The position numbers and the translations under genes are program-made. A DNA stretch of 62,520 nt. It comes from Moniliella sp. 'wahieum' (Eukaryota). Shown in pieces: positions 50,178-62,289 of this stretch; position 1 is the first letter of the stretch, and each line of letters starts with the position of its first letter. The stretch covers positions 558,001 through 620,520 of the forward strand of contig RSEE01000039.1 of assembly GCA_003971905.1 (NCBI GenBank). The letters run 5' to 3'. The notes under the pieces are model-generated. The model did no database searches. It was not told where the DNA came from and was given only the letters and a program-made list of their open reading frames with translations.

Positions 50178-51300
50178 GACACTGCACGGTGCTGGCAGGC
50201 GGGGCGCACACTGCCCGGTGCTGGCAGGCGGACGACCGTGATTTAATCTGAACCGCTGACTATTTCCGACGCTCCGTCGTATTGTAAAATCATTTTAAAT
50301 GCATGCAGCCGCGCACTTCTGTAGGTTGCACTTGCGCGGCGAATAACTCGCCAACCGTTGTTCCCCCCCGCTGGGGCCAATTAATATTAGTTGTAGCGGG
50401 GGTCACCCCACCTCGGTTGCAAATGGTGCAGACGGCGCACAACTTGCCGGGCACCGGTGCAGCCTCGAAGTTTTCTTGTAATGTCCTGCCAGCTCCTGCA
50501 CGGTTTGGAGCTACAGTTGGGAGGTACTAATTGGACATTGTCACGGCTGTCGGAGAACCGCTGGTGAAAATATGCGGCCGGTGGGTCAAATACTGTGGGA
50601 GCTATGACGGTTGGAAGTTTTGAGCAGAGTGAACAAGAGGTGCAGCGCCTCGACGGTTGGCCCACGGCCGTGGTGTATTAGGGAATGTAGCGGGAGGGTG
50701 GGACTACGCTGTGCAGATTTGGGCAGCGGTGGGTACAATACCCATCGAGCTACACGGTTGGTAGGTATCAACAGTACTCAATCGAGACTGCACGTTTGCT
50801 GACACTGCCCGGGTGCTGGCATCGAATTAAAAGTACAGTCGCTGGACACCAGGACACTGCACGGTGCTGGCCGGCGGGCGCACACTGCCCGGGTGCTGGC
50901 AGGCGGACGACCGGCGATTTTAATCTGACCCCTGGCCATTCTGTTCGGTCGAACGGTGATTTCAGTCGATGCGTATCACCGAGACATCGCGCCGGCCCAC
51001 CAGGACACCGTGCGGTGATGCAATGGGTGACACCGCCCCGCCGTATTGCAAGTAAATCAATTTGGAATACCTAAGCAGGCGCATATTCAGTAGGGTTGCA
51101 CTTGCGCGGCGAATAACTCGCCAACCGTTGCTCCCCCCGCTGGGGTCACTTAATTCGCCTGTAGAGGGGGGTCACCACTACCTCTGGTGCAAATGGTGCA
51201 AGCGGCGCACAACTTGCCGGGCACCGGCGAGGCCTCCAAGTTTTGACGTATTTTCCTGCATAACTCCTGGATGGTTGGAGCTACAGCCGGGGAGTGCTAA
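50178..51300. repeat. Duplicated IGS block (50178-~50520 and 50853-~51300), candidate Pol I promoter plus spacer promoter
   Basis: GACACTGCACGGTGCTGGC..GGCAGGCGGACGACCG..TTTAATCTGA and GGTTGCACTTGCGCGGCGAATAACTCGCCAACCGTTG each occur twice; the promoter role is an inference. Confidence 0.8.
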
Positions 51301-51589
51301 GTGGGACGGTAGAGGGAGGGCAGGAGTACCTCTGGTGAAAATGGGGCGCCGGGGGGTGCAGTACTGTTGGAGATATGGCGGTGGGAAATTTTGAGCAGAG
51401 GTGTACACGGGTGCAACGGCTCCATGGGTGGTGCTACAGTCGTGGTGTAGTAGTGGGAAGTGTAGAGGGAGGGTGGGAGTACCGCTGTGCAAAGTGGGGC
51501 GGCGGTAGGTACAATATTCACCGAGATACAACGGTGGGTTGGTATATACAGGGGTCTGTAGGGTGAATGGTACTAAGTGAGGTGTACTA

Positions 51590-52620
51590 GGGTTGCTGCT
51601 GTGGCGGAAGTGCACTAATGGGACTTGGTACGGCAGCCGAGGACTAGCGCTGGGCGAAGTGGGGCAGCTGTCGGGTGAGTGGTCATGGAGGGGTGACGGT
51701 TGGTAGGTGGTATCGACAGTATATGTCCTATATAGGGTGAAGAGCACGGAGGGTACCACTTCTCCCTCCCCATGTGCTGCTACCCCGAAAGTGCACTAAT
51801 TGGACTTGGTACGGCAGCCTAGGACTAGAGCTGGGCGAAGTGGGGCAGCTGTCGGGTGAGTGGTCATGGAGGGGTGATGGTTGGAAGGTGGTACGGAGGG
51901 TATATATGGTCTTATATAGGGTGAAGAGCACAGAGGGTACCACTTCTCCCTCCCCATGTGCTGCTACCCCGGAAGTGTACTAATTGGACCTGGAGAGGGA
52001 GCTATGGACTAGCGCTGGCCGAAGCGGGGCAGCTGTCGGGAGTGGTGAGGGAGGGGTGACGGGTGGTAGGTGGTACCGACAGTATATGTACTATATAGGG
52101 TGAAGAGCACGGAGAGTACCACATCTCCCTCCCCATGTGCTGCTACCCCGAAAGTGCACTAATTGGACTTGGAGAGGGAGCTATGGACTAGACCTGGGGG
52201 GAGTGGGACAGCTGCAGGGTGAGTACTCAGGGAGGGGTGATGGTTGGAAGGTGGTACCATTGGTATATATGGTCCTATAGGGTGAGGGCCGCCGAGGGTA
52301 GCACGACAGCTCCTCCACCGTTGGTCCCGCGGGCGGGGTGTTCTAATTGGACCTCTAGAGGACGGGTGGGACTAGCGCTGGGTGGAGTGGGGCAGCTGTA
52401 GGGTGAGTACCCACGGAGGGGTGACGGTGTACACATGGTCCTATAGGGTGAAGGCGGTGAGGTCAGCACTATAGCTCCTCGACGGTGGGAGCTGCGGCTG
52501 GGGGGCTCTAATTGGACTTGTAGAGGAGGGATTGGACTAGTGCTGGGTGGAGTGGGGCAGCAGTAGGGTGGGTACCCAGGGAGGGGGGCACCACTGAAGG
52601 TACTATGTGCACTATAGGGT
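51590..52620. repeat. IGS2 subrepeat array, ~6 copies of ~180 bp
   Basis: CTAAT(T/G)GGAC anchors at 51615, 51796, 51980, 52159, 52343 and 52508. Confidence 0.9.
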
Positions 52621-52916
52621 GAGGTATGCGGGGAAGTGCTGTAGCTGCTGAACCGTTGGAGGTACGGCCAAGTGGTATTAGAACGAAGTGGAGAGGGGGG
52701 TGGGAAGGAGGTGTGGGCGGAGTGGGGGCGCGGGGGGAACACTTGCCGGGCATGGGCGGGGGGTCAAAGATGGGGGGTAGAATGGGGTGTAGCGCCGCAA
52801 CGGTGGCCGATGGGGGCGGGGTGTATTAGTACGGGGGGGAGCCCTGCCGATGGAGGGTGGGTGTGCAAAAGGAGGGCGGGAGGGGGGCACGTACCAAAGA
52901 GGGGGGGGGCAAAAAG

Positions 52917-53034
52917 AACCGCGGCACCGAGGATTCCCACGTGGTCCCCCACCGTAGTACTGACTGGGCGATACTGTGGTTAACTTCGCAGATCGGACGG
53001 GATGCGGTGCTTTCACAGTTCTATGGCCGCGGAT
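52917..53034 (-). rRNA. 5S rRNA (118 nt), same strand as the large rRNA unit
   Basis: ATCCGCGGCCATAGAACTGTGAAAGCACCGCATCCCGTCCGATCTGCGAAGTTAACC...GGGAATCCTCGGTGCCGCGGTT followed by CTTTTT. Confidence 0.97.
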
Positions 53035-53467
53035 ACACAGGGTGTTTGGAGGGGGGGGTATGGGGGGGGTATATTACAAGGGTGTCCGACCGGTCCAGAT
53101 TTAGGGGCGGGTTTTTGAAACTGCTATTTTTGATGTTTCTGATGGCCGGAGCGCGTGCGGCGGCACTGTACGAGTCTAACGGTACCATTGGCTCACCACC
53201 ACCACCACTGGTTGGCGCACCACACCCAAAAATGTGTCATAGGAGGGGGTCACCCGAGGTACTCCGCCCACTTGGTATTTTTTTTATCGATAACGTGGAC
53301 GACCTCTACCCATTATGAAACGCGCGTGCTTCGTAGCTTTCGACTGATCTAGGTTGCAGCGCAAGCCGGCGCGAATTCGCAAACATACACTGTTTTGAAC
53401 AGGGTCAACCCCCGGGGGGCATGACATATATATGCCGGTTAAGGTGACCCCGCATTGGGATTACGTC

Positions 53468-53690
53468 TTCAACGTTCAACGTTCAACATTCAATATTCAA
53501 CGTTCAACGTTCAACGTTCAACGTTCAACCGGTCAACCGTTCAACAGTTCAACCGTTCAAGGTTGAACGTTGAAGTTCAACCGCTCGACGTTCAACCGCT
53601 CAGCCTTGAGGTCAAGCTTGCGGCCCCTGAGGCTCAAGCTCAAGCTCAACGGTCAACGTTCAACGTTCAACGTTCAACGTGTTCAACCAG
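53468..53690. repeat. Largest (TCAACGT)n-type heptamer array
   Basis: More than 20 units of TCA/TGA plus a 4-5-nt spacer. Confidence 0.92.
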
Positions 53691-55929
53691 GCCGTCGGCC
53701 CGGTGGTCCTCTCGCTGGTTGACAAGTTAGAAGTTACGACGTGCGCTTGAGCTATTCTAACCATGGAACAAGCGGTGGCTCGGGCCGCTGCTCGCGCAGC
53801 CCCTCGATAGCCACCTTCCGAGGCGCTTCCTGGGGCAGTACCGACGACCTGCCATACATCTGCTACGACTCTGCCGCGCCCGTGCTCATGCAACCCCCCG
53901 GCACCCATAGTGTACCATCGCTATCAGCTTGGCTGTTACTGTTGTGGGATCATGAGTTGCAGTGCAAGCGCGTGGTGGGTGGAGAGGTCCAGGAGGTCTG
54001 GGGATGGTGCTGGCGCATGCAGATGGCCAGGTGGACACCCATCCCGCACGCAGATTGACCAGATGTTGATCCATTCATCATCAGTCCCATCAATGCCTCA
54101 GTCCAGCAGGCCACGAGAAGGAGGCGGGGGGCGCGGGGGCGTGCGAGGTGGTGCGCGGGGCAGTTGGGCCTGCAGGCACGTCCGCTGAGCGTTGAGCGCT
54201 GGCCGAGCTCTCCTACACTGGCATCTGGCGGGTGCAGCGTGGCGGCGTTGCCGTTGTGAACGGCAGCAAACAAGGGGCAGCGGGCGTAGCGGCGGTGCTC
54301 TGCGATGCGGCAGGCGTTGTGGCCCCAGTCCATGTCAGGCACAGTGCAAGCCGCATGGCCCGTGCACTTGGTGTGCCAATGCGACCTGTGATTCGCATTG
54401 GGTGCTGCCCTGAGGCGCCTGAGGCCTGAGGCCTGAGGCCTGACCGGTGACCTGAGGCCTGAGGCGTTGAAGACGTCGAAGCTTGAGGCGCTATCATGCA
54501 TGTCATGCATCATGCACATGCAAGTGCAGGCAGGACCGCACCAGCACTGAGGCACAGCCGGTGCGGCACCAGCCACCAGCGCTGAGGTGTTGAAGTACTA
54601 TCATGCAGGTGCAGGCGGTACGACACCAAAGCTGGGGCGCAGGCAGTGGGAGCACTCGCACGCAGGTGCAGTGGCTGCACCACCGCTGAGGCCGAGGCCC
54701 GGCGGTCGGAGCACTGGACCGCGGGCGTATCGATCATCGCCGAGGAGTCACCGAGCCACACCGATGACCGAGGACGTCGATCATCGAATCATCAATAGAA
54801 TGACATACAATGATGTAATGAGTACTGACATGGTACTGACAAGTGACGCGTGATGAGTGACTGGAGACTGGCTTGGACATGCGTGGTACTGCGGTGGCTG
54901 GTGCGCTGGTGGCGCGTGACGCGTGACAGGTGACAGGTGCCGCGGTGCGGTGATGCAGCGCATGGGGCATGCAGCATGCGCGATTTGACATGCGACATGA
55001 CATGGACATGTGCCCTAGACATATGTTGTCAGCATCAATTGGTGATTTTCAATTTGAAATCGGCCCCCACCTTGTTTGAAAAACCACTAGGTGAAAACCA
55101 GCGAGCCCGGTTGGTGAAAATTGTACAAGCTCTGGGCCGGGCCGGCGGGCCGACAGGCCCTGGCCTAGACATATTTTCCGGAATGGATGGGAAGATTCCG
55201 CTCCTGGATTGAGTGCCAGAGGAACAAAAAGTACCTGGGTACCCTCCGTGCCGTCTACGTGGAAGGATTTGGGTAGATTTGATTCCTCTGGCCGGCCGTC
55301 CAAGCCTGTCAGGGGGCGTCACCCACCCCCCACGCCCCCGGGTGACGAGGGCGGCGGCCACGCGCGTCCCCCTCGCCAGTTTGCAAATACCAGTGGCGTT
55401 TTAATTACGTGTGGCGCATCACTTGCACCCCCCGCTGCAGCCGCGCCACCACTCTCACCACCATGTTGAGCGCCGCCACCACCACCATACCATGCCCAGC
55501 GCCGCCATCGTCCTCTCCGCCCCCAGCGCGCAGCTGGCGCTCATGCAGCCTAGACGTATGTTCAAAGATTCAATAGTCCCCTGGCGCATAACAATCGAGG
55601 CAGAGGTTATCGCCACCGGGCTAGCCCGTATGCGATACCTCAATAGTCCTGAGGCCTATGACCTATGTAGTCACGGCCGGGCCCGCCGGCCAGCCCGGTG
55701 ACCGCCCAACGGTGACCGCCGCCTGCGAGATGTTGGCCGACGGCCTAGACATATTCCCAACTCCCGAGGGATGTCACGGGACTGGCTGTGTCACGAGATC
55801 CCTGTGATACATCTAGATGTACTGGAGGGATCCCACCTGATGTATCCGAGGGTATTTTTGGCCTTGCCGTCATGACCCCCGGCGCACCCGGTGACCGCCC
55901 ACCGGTGACCAGCATTAATTAAATAGCAA

Positions 55930-55963
<34 letters not shown>

Positions 55964-56383
55964 ACCCGGAAGGCCGTCGCCACCACCTACCACCACCACC
56001 CAACGCAAAAATATTTTTTTTCAGCACACCTCCTGATCTACCTGGCAGACACCATATTCGGTGTCGTTTGGGGGGTAGCCCAACATTTTTCTTTGAACGT
56101 GTTGTATTCGGCCCAGAGGGGTGTCATGTTTTGGTGGCAGGGGGATCGGAAGGGCACCCTCTGGACTGGGGTGTGTGAAATCTGAGGTCAAACGGACCGT
56201 GCACGGCCGAGATACGACGGATGGGGTGGGTCGGGGTGGGTAGGGTTAGGGATGGGTGGGTGTAACTTTTGAACGGGTGGCCCAATCGAAAAACGGAGGC
56301 CATATGCTGCATAGAGCGGACGATTTTATAGCGAGCTATCGCCTCGGCATAACTCCCTCCCCTTCGGGTAGCGAGCTATCTAC

Positions 56384-57444
56384 CCTAGTCAGATATTCAC
56401 GTGAAGGACTGCATAACTCCGTCGATTTTCTCTATGAAAATGACGTTTTTCGTCTCAGAATTGCAGAGGTTGCAAAATGTCAGGCACCACAGTGTGTAAG
56501 TGCGAAAATGTGGCGCCTGACAGATGGTGACCTCTGACAGTTTGGGCGCGGGGCCTGTGTCCTGGAATGCAGAGTTTACGCTGGCCCGTCTGAAACGTGC
56601 GGAGGGCGAAGGGAGGTGCCTGACGGTTGGTGACCTCTGACAGTTTGGGTGCGGGGCCAGTGTCCTGGCGGTGCCAGCTCGAAATGATCGGCATGGGGGC
56701 TACTTACTAATGAGCCCGCATGTGCCGCCCGCTAACACGGCATGTGCCATGTGACATGTGACACACGCTAACGCCGCATGCGGCAACGGATGTGACAGGG
56801 TCCGGGGCGGGGAATGTTCCGTGCGGGGTGGAGCCAGAGTGCAACCGCGGTGGCATGACCGGGATGGGGCATTGCATGTACGTGTGAGGGTGGGTTACAA
56901 TGGGTGTGTGACATGCGACGCCCTGGGGACGCCGCGGTTTGGTGACGATGGTACGCCCGACAGGCGACCGCATCCACGTGCGTTACCGGGGAGCGTTGAA
57001 TGTTGAACGCCGGGGCTGGCCTGGAGCTGCAAAAGCGTGACGCGCAATGCTTGCAGCTGCTGCCAAGATGCCGCGTGCCGGAGCGGGGGGGGCGGCCTCC
57101 TGCGGAGGACGCAGTGGCGCAGGGTGTGCGCTCAGGTACATCGTTGGCAGCGCGCTCCCGCACGTCCCTCAGGCCCAGCGCTCAGTCTGAGCTGCCAGTG
57201 CTTACGCCCAGCGCCCAGGCCTCAGGCCTTCAACGTTCAGGCCTTCGGTCCAGCTCGGTTGGGATTCACTGCAAAAGCGCGGCCCTGCTGTACTGCCGGG
57301 TGGGCCTGGGGTGCAAATGCCAACTGTGTTTCGATGCATGCTGCAGATCAGGACAGTGCACACCAGTGCGCTGAGCTTGCCCTGAGCAAATATAGCCGGC
57401 CCTCCAACGCTGCTTGCGCCGTGTCCAGTCCCGACTCTGGCCTG
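56384..57444 (+). repeat. ~1.05-kb direct repeat, copy 1
   Basis: Starts CCTAGTCAGATATTCACGTGAAGG and ends GTGTCCAGTCCCGACTCT; near-identical to 59392-60431. Confidence 0.95.
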
Positions 57445-57959
57445 TGGCCATCCGACCGCTGTCCACCGCTGTGCGCGCTGCCGGCGCAGCGCATCTGATG
57501 TTGGTGTGCGCAAACCATTAATCCAGCGCCGCCACGCCACCACCACCGCCCCAACCCCAGCCACATCCACCACCACCACCACCCATGTCACCATGCATGG
57601 CCGTCTCGTGGTGAGCATCGTCCATATCCGTGCTTCATTTGGCGCTAGCACCCTCTATGCGCGTTGCCCCTGATCGTGAGGCAGATGGAGGATCTGATGC
57701 ATGCCTCCAACAGTGCTTGCTTACCGTTGGTAGCATGCCAAATGTGAGCCAGAACGGATGAGAGACGGCTGAGATATCGCCATTTTGGTCCCGCCGGCAT
57801 ACGCCACCATCTCATCCCAGCATGCATCGATCCCAGCCGCTCCCGCTCAGGTGCACGCCTCATCCAAGCCTCCCGCTGCAGCGTACTCCCTCGCCTTCCA
57901 CCAGGGCAGGCCTACATCGACTACCATCTGCATCTGTCCTCCAGCTGAAGCGATGGTGC

Positions 57960-58490
57960 ACAGCAGGTCCAAACACGGGCAGGTGGGTGTTGATGGCGCC
58001 GCCGCTCCACCAGTTGTCGTCGGATGTCAGAGATCGTCGCGCCCCATCGTGCACTACAAGCAGGGCTTCCAGGGGAGGTAAGGCGCTCCAGGATTGGTCC
58101 AGCATTGAGGTCAGAACACGCCCCAACATCTGATGTTAGCTTGATTCGGATGAGGGTCTATGTTGACGGTGCCGGCACAGCACCAATCCTCATCAAACAA
58201 TAGATTGCATACATGCACATCTTGCATCAGAAGCAGGGCTTCCATGGGAGGTCAGGGGCACGCAGATTGGGCCCGGATTGGGGTCACACCACATGTGAAC
58301 ATCAGAGGTTAGGTCCAAACAGCGGATGGTCGATGTTGATGCTGGCGGCGTTCAACCAATTCTGGACGAATCAGAGATCTGTCAACGGTGTAGCGTAGCC
58401 CAGAATCAAGGCTTTCAAGAATGATGATGCGCTTTTGATTCGGTCCAGGATTGAGGTTACACCACATCCAATTACCTCAGGTGCGGTCCC
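57960..58490. repeat. Degenerate ~173-bp tandem repeat (3 copies)
   Basis: TGTTGAYG anchors at ~57988/58161/58334; AAGCAGGGCTTCCA..GGGAGGT at ~58058/58231; ATTGRGGT at ~58104/58277/58450. Confidence 0.65.
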
Positions 58491-59391
58491 GACGGCGCAC
58501 GGTCCCAACAAACAGCGTCGGTGCCCCACCAATTTGGGACGAGTCAGAGCACGAGTGGTGGCGTAGCGTGCCCCAGGTAGTCCTCTTCAGACGCGCACGC
58601 GTGGGGGCAAGACGATGCACCGCGATGGAGAACGGGCGTGTGGCGGTGGATGCGTTGGTGGTGGTGGCGGCTTGGTCGATTTGGTGGCGGCCGAGCCAAT
58701 CTGACCGCGCAGGCTGCGCGTGCATCGGTGCAATTGCAAATGTTAATATTTTCAGCCAGCGGCGGATGAATGCACGGGCCAGGCGACGGATCTGGTTGGT
58801 TTCTTACCACGCCCCCCCCCCCAACCCGGCTGGCTTTGCCCGCCCCCCAAGGTCTGTTGCCTCGTTTAACCCCCTCGTTCTGAGCCTCCAATCTTCCACT
58901 TCACGCTTCCCGCGCCTCATCTGCCACCCCCCAGGCCTCCGCTGACCCACACGCTTCTGTCGTCTGCCCAGCTTCTGTGTCTCTGCAGCCACCTCCCACC
59001 CCGTCCCGGGCCGGCTTTCTCACGTCCCCCTGCCTCCCCACCCGCCCCAGCGCCGCGCTCCCACCTCCCACGCACGCCCAGGCCATCCCCACCATTGACT
59101 CGGCCACCATCACTATTCATTCGGCCATCGCCACCGTCGGGCCGGCCAAGCGGAAGCAGGGAATGGTGCAGGGGATGGTGCATGGCGTTGTGCATGCTTG
59201 CTGGCCTCGGTCTGGCGTCCTGGCCGTCCAAGGTCACCGTCTCGGCTGCTGCCACCGCTGCCGCGCTTGAGTGGGCCGTCTGGACGCTTGGCTTGGCCAT
59301 CTGGAAGCTCGTCTCGCCCATGTACCCACTTGCCTCGCACCCGTCCCAGCAGACCGTGCAGCTTGCCATGCCGTCCCCGTCCGACGCTCTG

Positions 59392-60431
59392 CCTAGTCAG
59401 ATATTCACGTGAAGGACTGCATAACTCCGTCGATTTTCTCTATGAAAATGACGTTTTTCGTCTCAGAATTGCAGAGGTTGCAAATGTCAGGCACCACAGT
59501 GTGTAAGTGCGAAAATGTGGCGCCTGACAGATGGTGACCTCTGACAGTTTGGGCGCGGGGCCTGTGTGCTGGAATGCAGAGTTTACGCTGGCCCTCTGAA
59601 ACGTGCGGAGGGCGAAGGGAGGTGCCTGACGGTTGGTGACCTCTGACAGTTTGGGTGCGGGGCCAGTGTCCTGGCGGTGCCAGCTCGAAATGATCGGCAT
59701 GGGGGCTACTTACTAATGAGCCCGCATGTGCCATGTGACATGTGACACACGCTAAAGCCGCATGCGGCAACGGATGTGACAGGGTCCGGGGCGGGGAATG
59801 TTCCGTGCGGGGTGGAGCCAGAGTGCAACCGCGGTGGCATGACCGGGATGGGGCATTGCATGTACGTGTGAGGGTGGGTTACAATGGGTGTGTGACATGC
59901 GACGCGCTGTGGACGCCGCGGTTTGGTGACGATGGTACGCCCGACAGGCGACCGCATCCACGTGCGTTACCGGGAGCGTTGAATGTTGAACGCCGGGGCT
60001 GGCCTGGAGCTGCAAAAGCGTGACGTGCCAATGCTTGCAGCTGCTGCCAAGATGCCGCGTGCCGGAGCGGGGGGGGCGGCCTCCTGCGGAGGAGGACGCA
60101 GTGGCGCAGGGTGTGCGCTCAGGTACATCGTTGGCAGCGCGCTCCCGCACGTCCCTCAGGCCCAGCGCTCAGTCTGAGCTGCCAGTGCTTAACGCCCAGC
60201 GCCCAGGCCTCAGGCCTTCAACGTTCAGGCCTTCGGTCCAGCTCGGTTGGGATTCACTGCAAAAGTGCGGCCCTGCTGTACTGCCGGTGGGCCTGGGGTG
60301 CAAATGCCAACTGTGTTTCGATGCATGCTGCAGATCAGGACAGTGCACACCAGTGCGCTGAGCTTGCCCTGAGCAAATATAGCCGGCCCTCCAACGCTGC
60401 TTGCGCCGTGTCCAGTCCCGACTCTTGCCTG
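59392..60431 (+). repeat. ~1.04-kb direct repeat, copy 2
   Basis: Matches copy 1; differs by small indels, e.g. it lacks ~19 bp near 59730. Confidence 0.95.
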
Positions 60432-62289
60432 GGTGGTGCCTGGGCGAGCGCCCAGTTGGGGATCGGCAACGACAGTAGGCCCGTTCCTGGCCAATGCAAT
60501 CACTAGTGTCATAGTGGCAACTCATGGCGGCAGCCACGGTCCCTGTCTCGATACTATGCTTGCGTTCTGTGTCAATTTGCGTCGCATCCTGTTTCTTCCG
60601 CCTCCACCCGGATACTTGTCTTTGCTCCAGCACTTGTTTTTTCGTCCTCCTCCGGTGTCAAGGCGTTCGACATGCGCCATCTGCTATGGCCTTTGCAGAG
60701 GCTAGTCTGTCTCTTCCACCTTGCCGTTAGGCCTGTGTTTGCGGGGGGGGGGGTGCTTTGGGTCCCACGGGAGCGAAAGCCGCTCATCTTTGTTTCTCCC
60801 ACCACCTGATGAGCCAGCGTGCTGTTTATCCCCCGTGCCTGGTTCTTCCCCTGGAGCGGCGAGGGCGTCAGCCACTGCATCCGCCAATCTTTCGTCTGTG
60901 ATTCTCTCCTTCTGACTCTCATTGGGTGTCGCGCTGGCCGTTGGGTCAGGTGCTGCCGGGTTTGATTTATGGCCCAGCTCGATGGTGTCGCCAGGGTGTG
61001 CGCCGTGCCACTAGGCTGGAACATGCGACTTGTTTATGTTGTGGCTCGGGTGGACACGGCGATCAGGGCAAAACGAGATGGTCATTGGATCTACGTACGA
61101 GACCCCATTGTGGATGGCAGAAGAGGGAGGGCAGATTACGGGTGGGGGGCAGGGGGGTTGGTTCGACCTGGGTGGGGTCATGGATCATCAGACTGGCGCC
61201 TGAACCGTGTCTGATTCTGGTCCGGGCCTGACCAGCGGACTCGGGCTGGCTCGAGCTGGGGTAGGATGTGAACACGACTGAGGTGTGGATTTGCTCGAGG
61301 GCGCTCAGCGGTCTTGGTTTGTGTTTGCAGTCGCTGGCAGGGGCAGAGCCAGAGCTGGAACCCTGATGCGCCGAGCCGTCCCAGGTTTTACCTGCATAAC
61401 GATCTGTGTCAGACCAGGAAGGTGTGCTGCCACCACACGGGCGTGAAAGATGTGTTGGGGTGCAGTGTGTGGATCCGACCCATGTTCCACATCAAGCAGG
61501 GCACACTGCGGTGAGCTTTCGTTGCGGAAACAGCGGGCCCTCGAACGCTGCTGGCACCGTGGCCAGTGCCGAGTCTGGGCTGGGTGGTGCCTGGGCCAGG
61601 CGCTCATTGGGGATCGGCAACGACGGTGGTGCGTTCCTGGGCGGGCCAGGCGGGGCGATGGGTGCAGGGGGTAACGACGGTGGTGGTCAACAGAGACAAG
61701 GGGCGCCAGGATACAGGCCAAGCGCACCGCGGCAGGCCGGCGGAAAGAAATCATCCACCCGCGGGAGCGGTGAGGCGAGCGGTGAGCGTGTGGGTTGGGA
61801 TGGGTGATGGGTGCCATGTGCCGGGGGCCGTGCGCAGCGGTGCCGCTCGTGCCTGTTGGTCTGCCTGACCACCATCGTCCCTGGCATGCGCTCGCGCCTG
61901 CTGGCGGCGTGGGCGCCGCACCTGAGCCTCGCCGCTGGCTGCCCGGGACCGCACCTGAGCCTCGCCGCTGCCCGGCACCTTCCCGCAGGGGGGACGCACC
62001 AGCCGGCATGGGCGCCAGCTGGCCTGGGGGTCTGCCCCAGCCAGCAAGCCCACTCTTTAACCCACGCATCCTTGCCCTGTCCCCCCCCCCCCCCTTCCCC
62101 CCCCCTTCCCCCGCCCCTTCCCCCGCCCCCCCCACCCATCGCACTGTGCTTCACGCCCAACCGCATCCCACCATGTCCACTTCTCCCATCCCCGCCCACA
62201 ATCCCCGCGGCAATCCTGCCCATTCACCACGCGCCCCGTCCCCGATGCCTTCGACGCCTCCTGCCCGTCCGGCCGCTACTCCGCCGTCT

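Noticed and set aside
51590..52620. CRISPR-like array
   Set aside because: Whole ~180-bp units are homologous, there are no unique spacers or cas genes, and the context is a eukaryotic rDNA spacer.
56384..60431. LTR retrotransposon or Helitron
   Set aside because: No TG..CA ends, PBS/PPT or gag-pol. The minus-strand CTAG end is followed by G rather than T and has only a weak palindrome (TTCACGTGAA) upstream.
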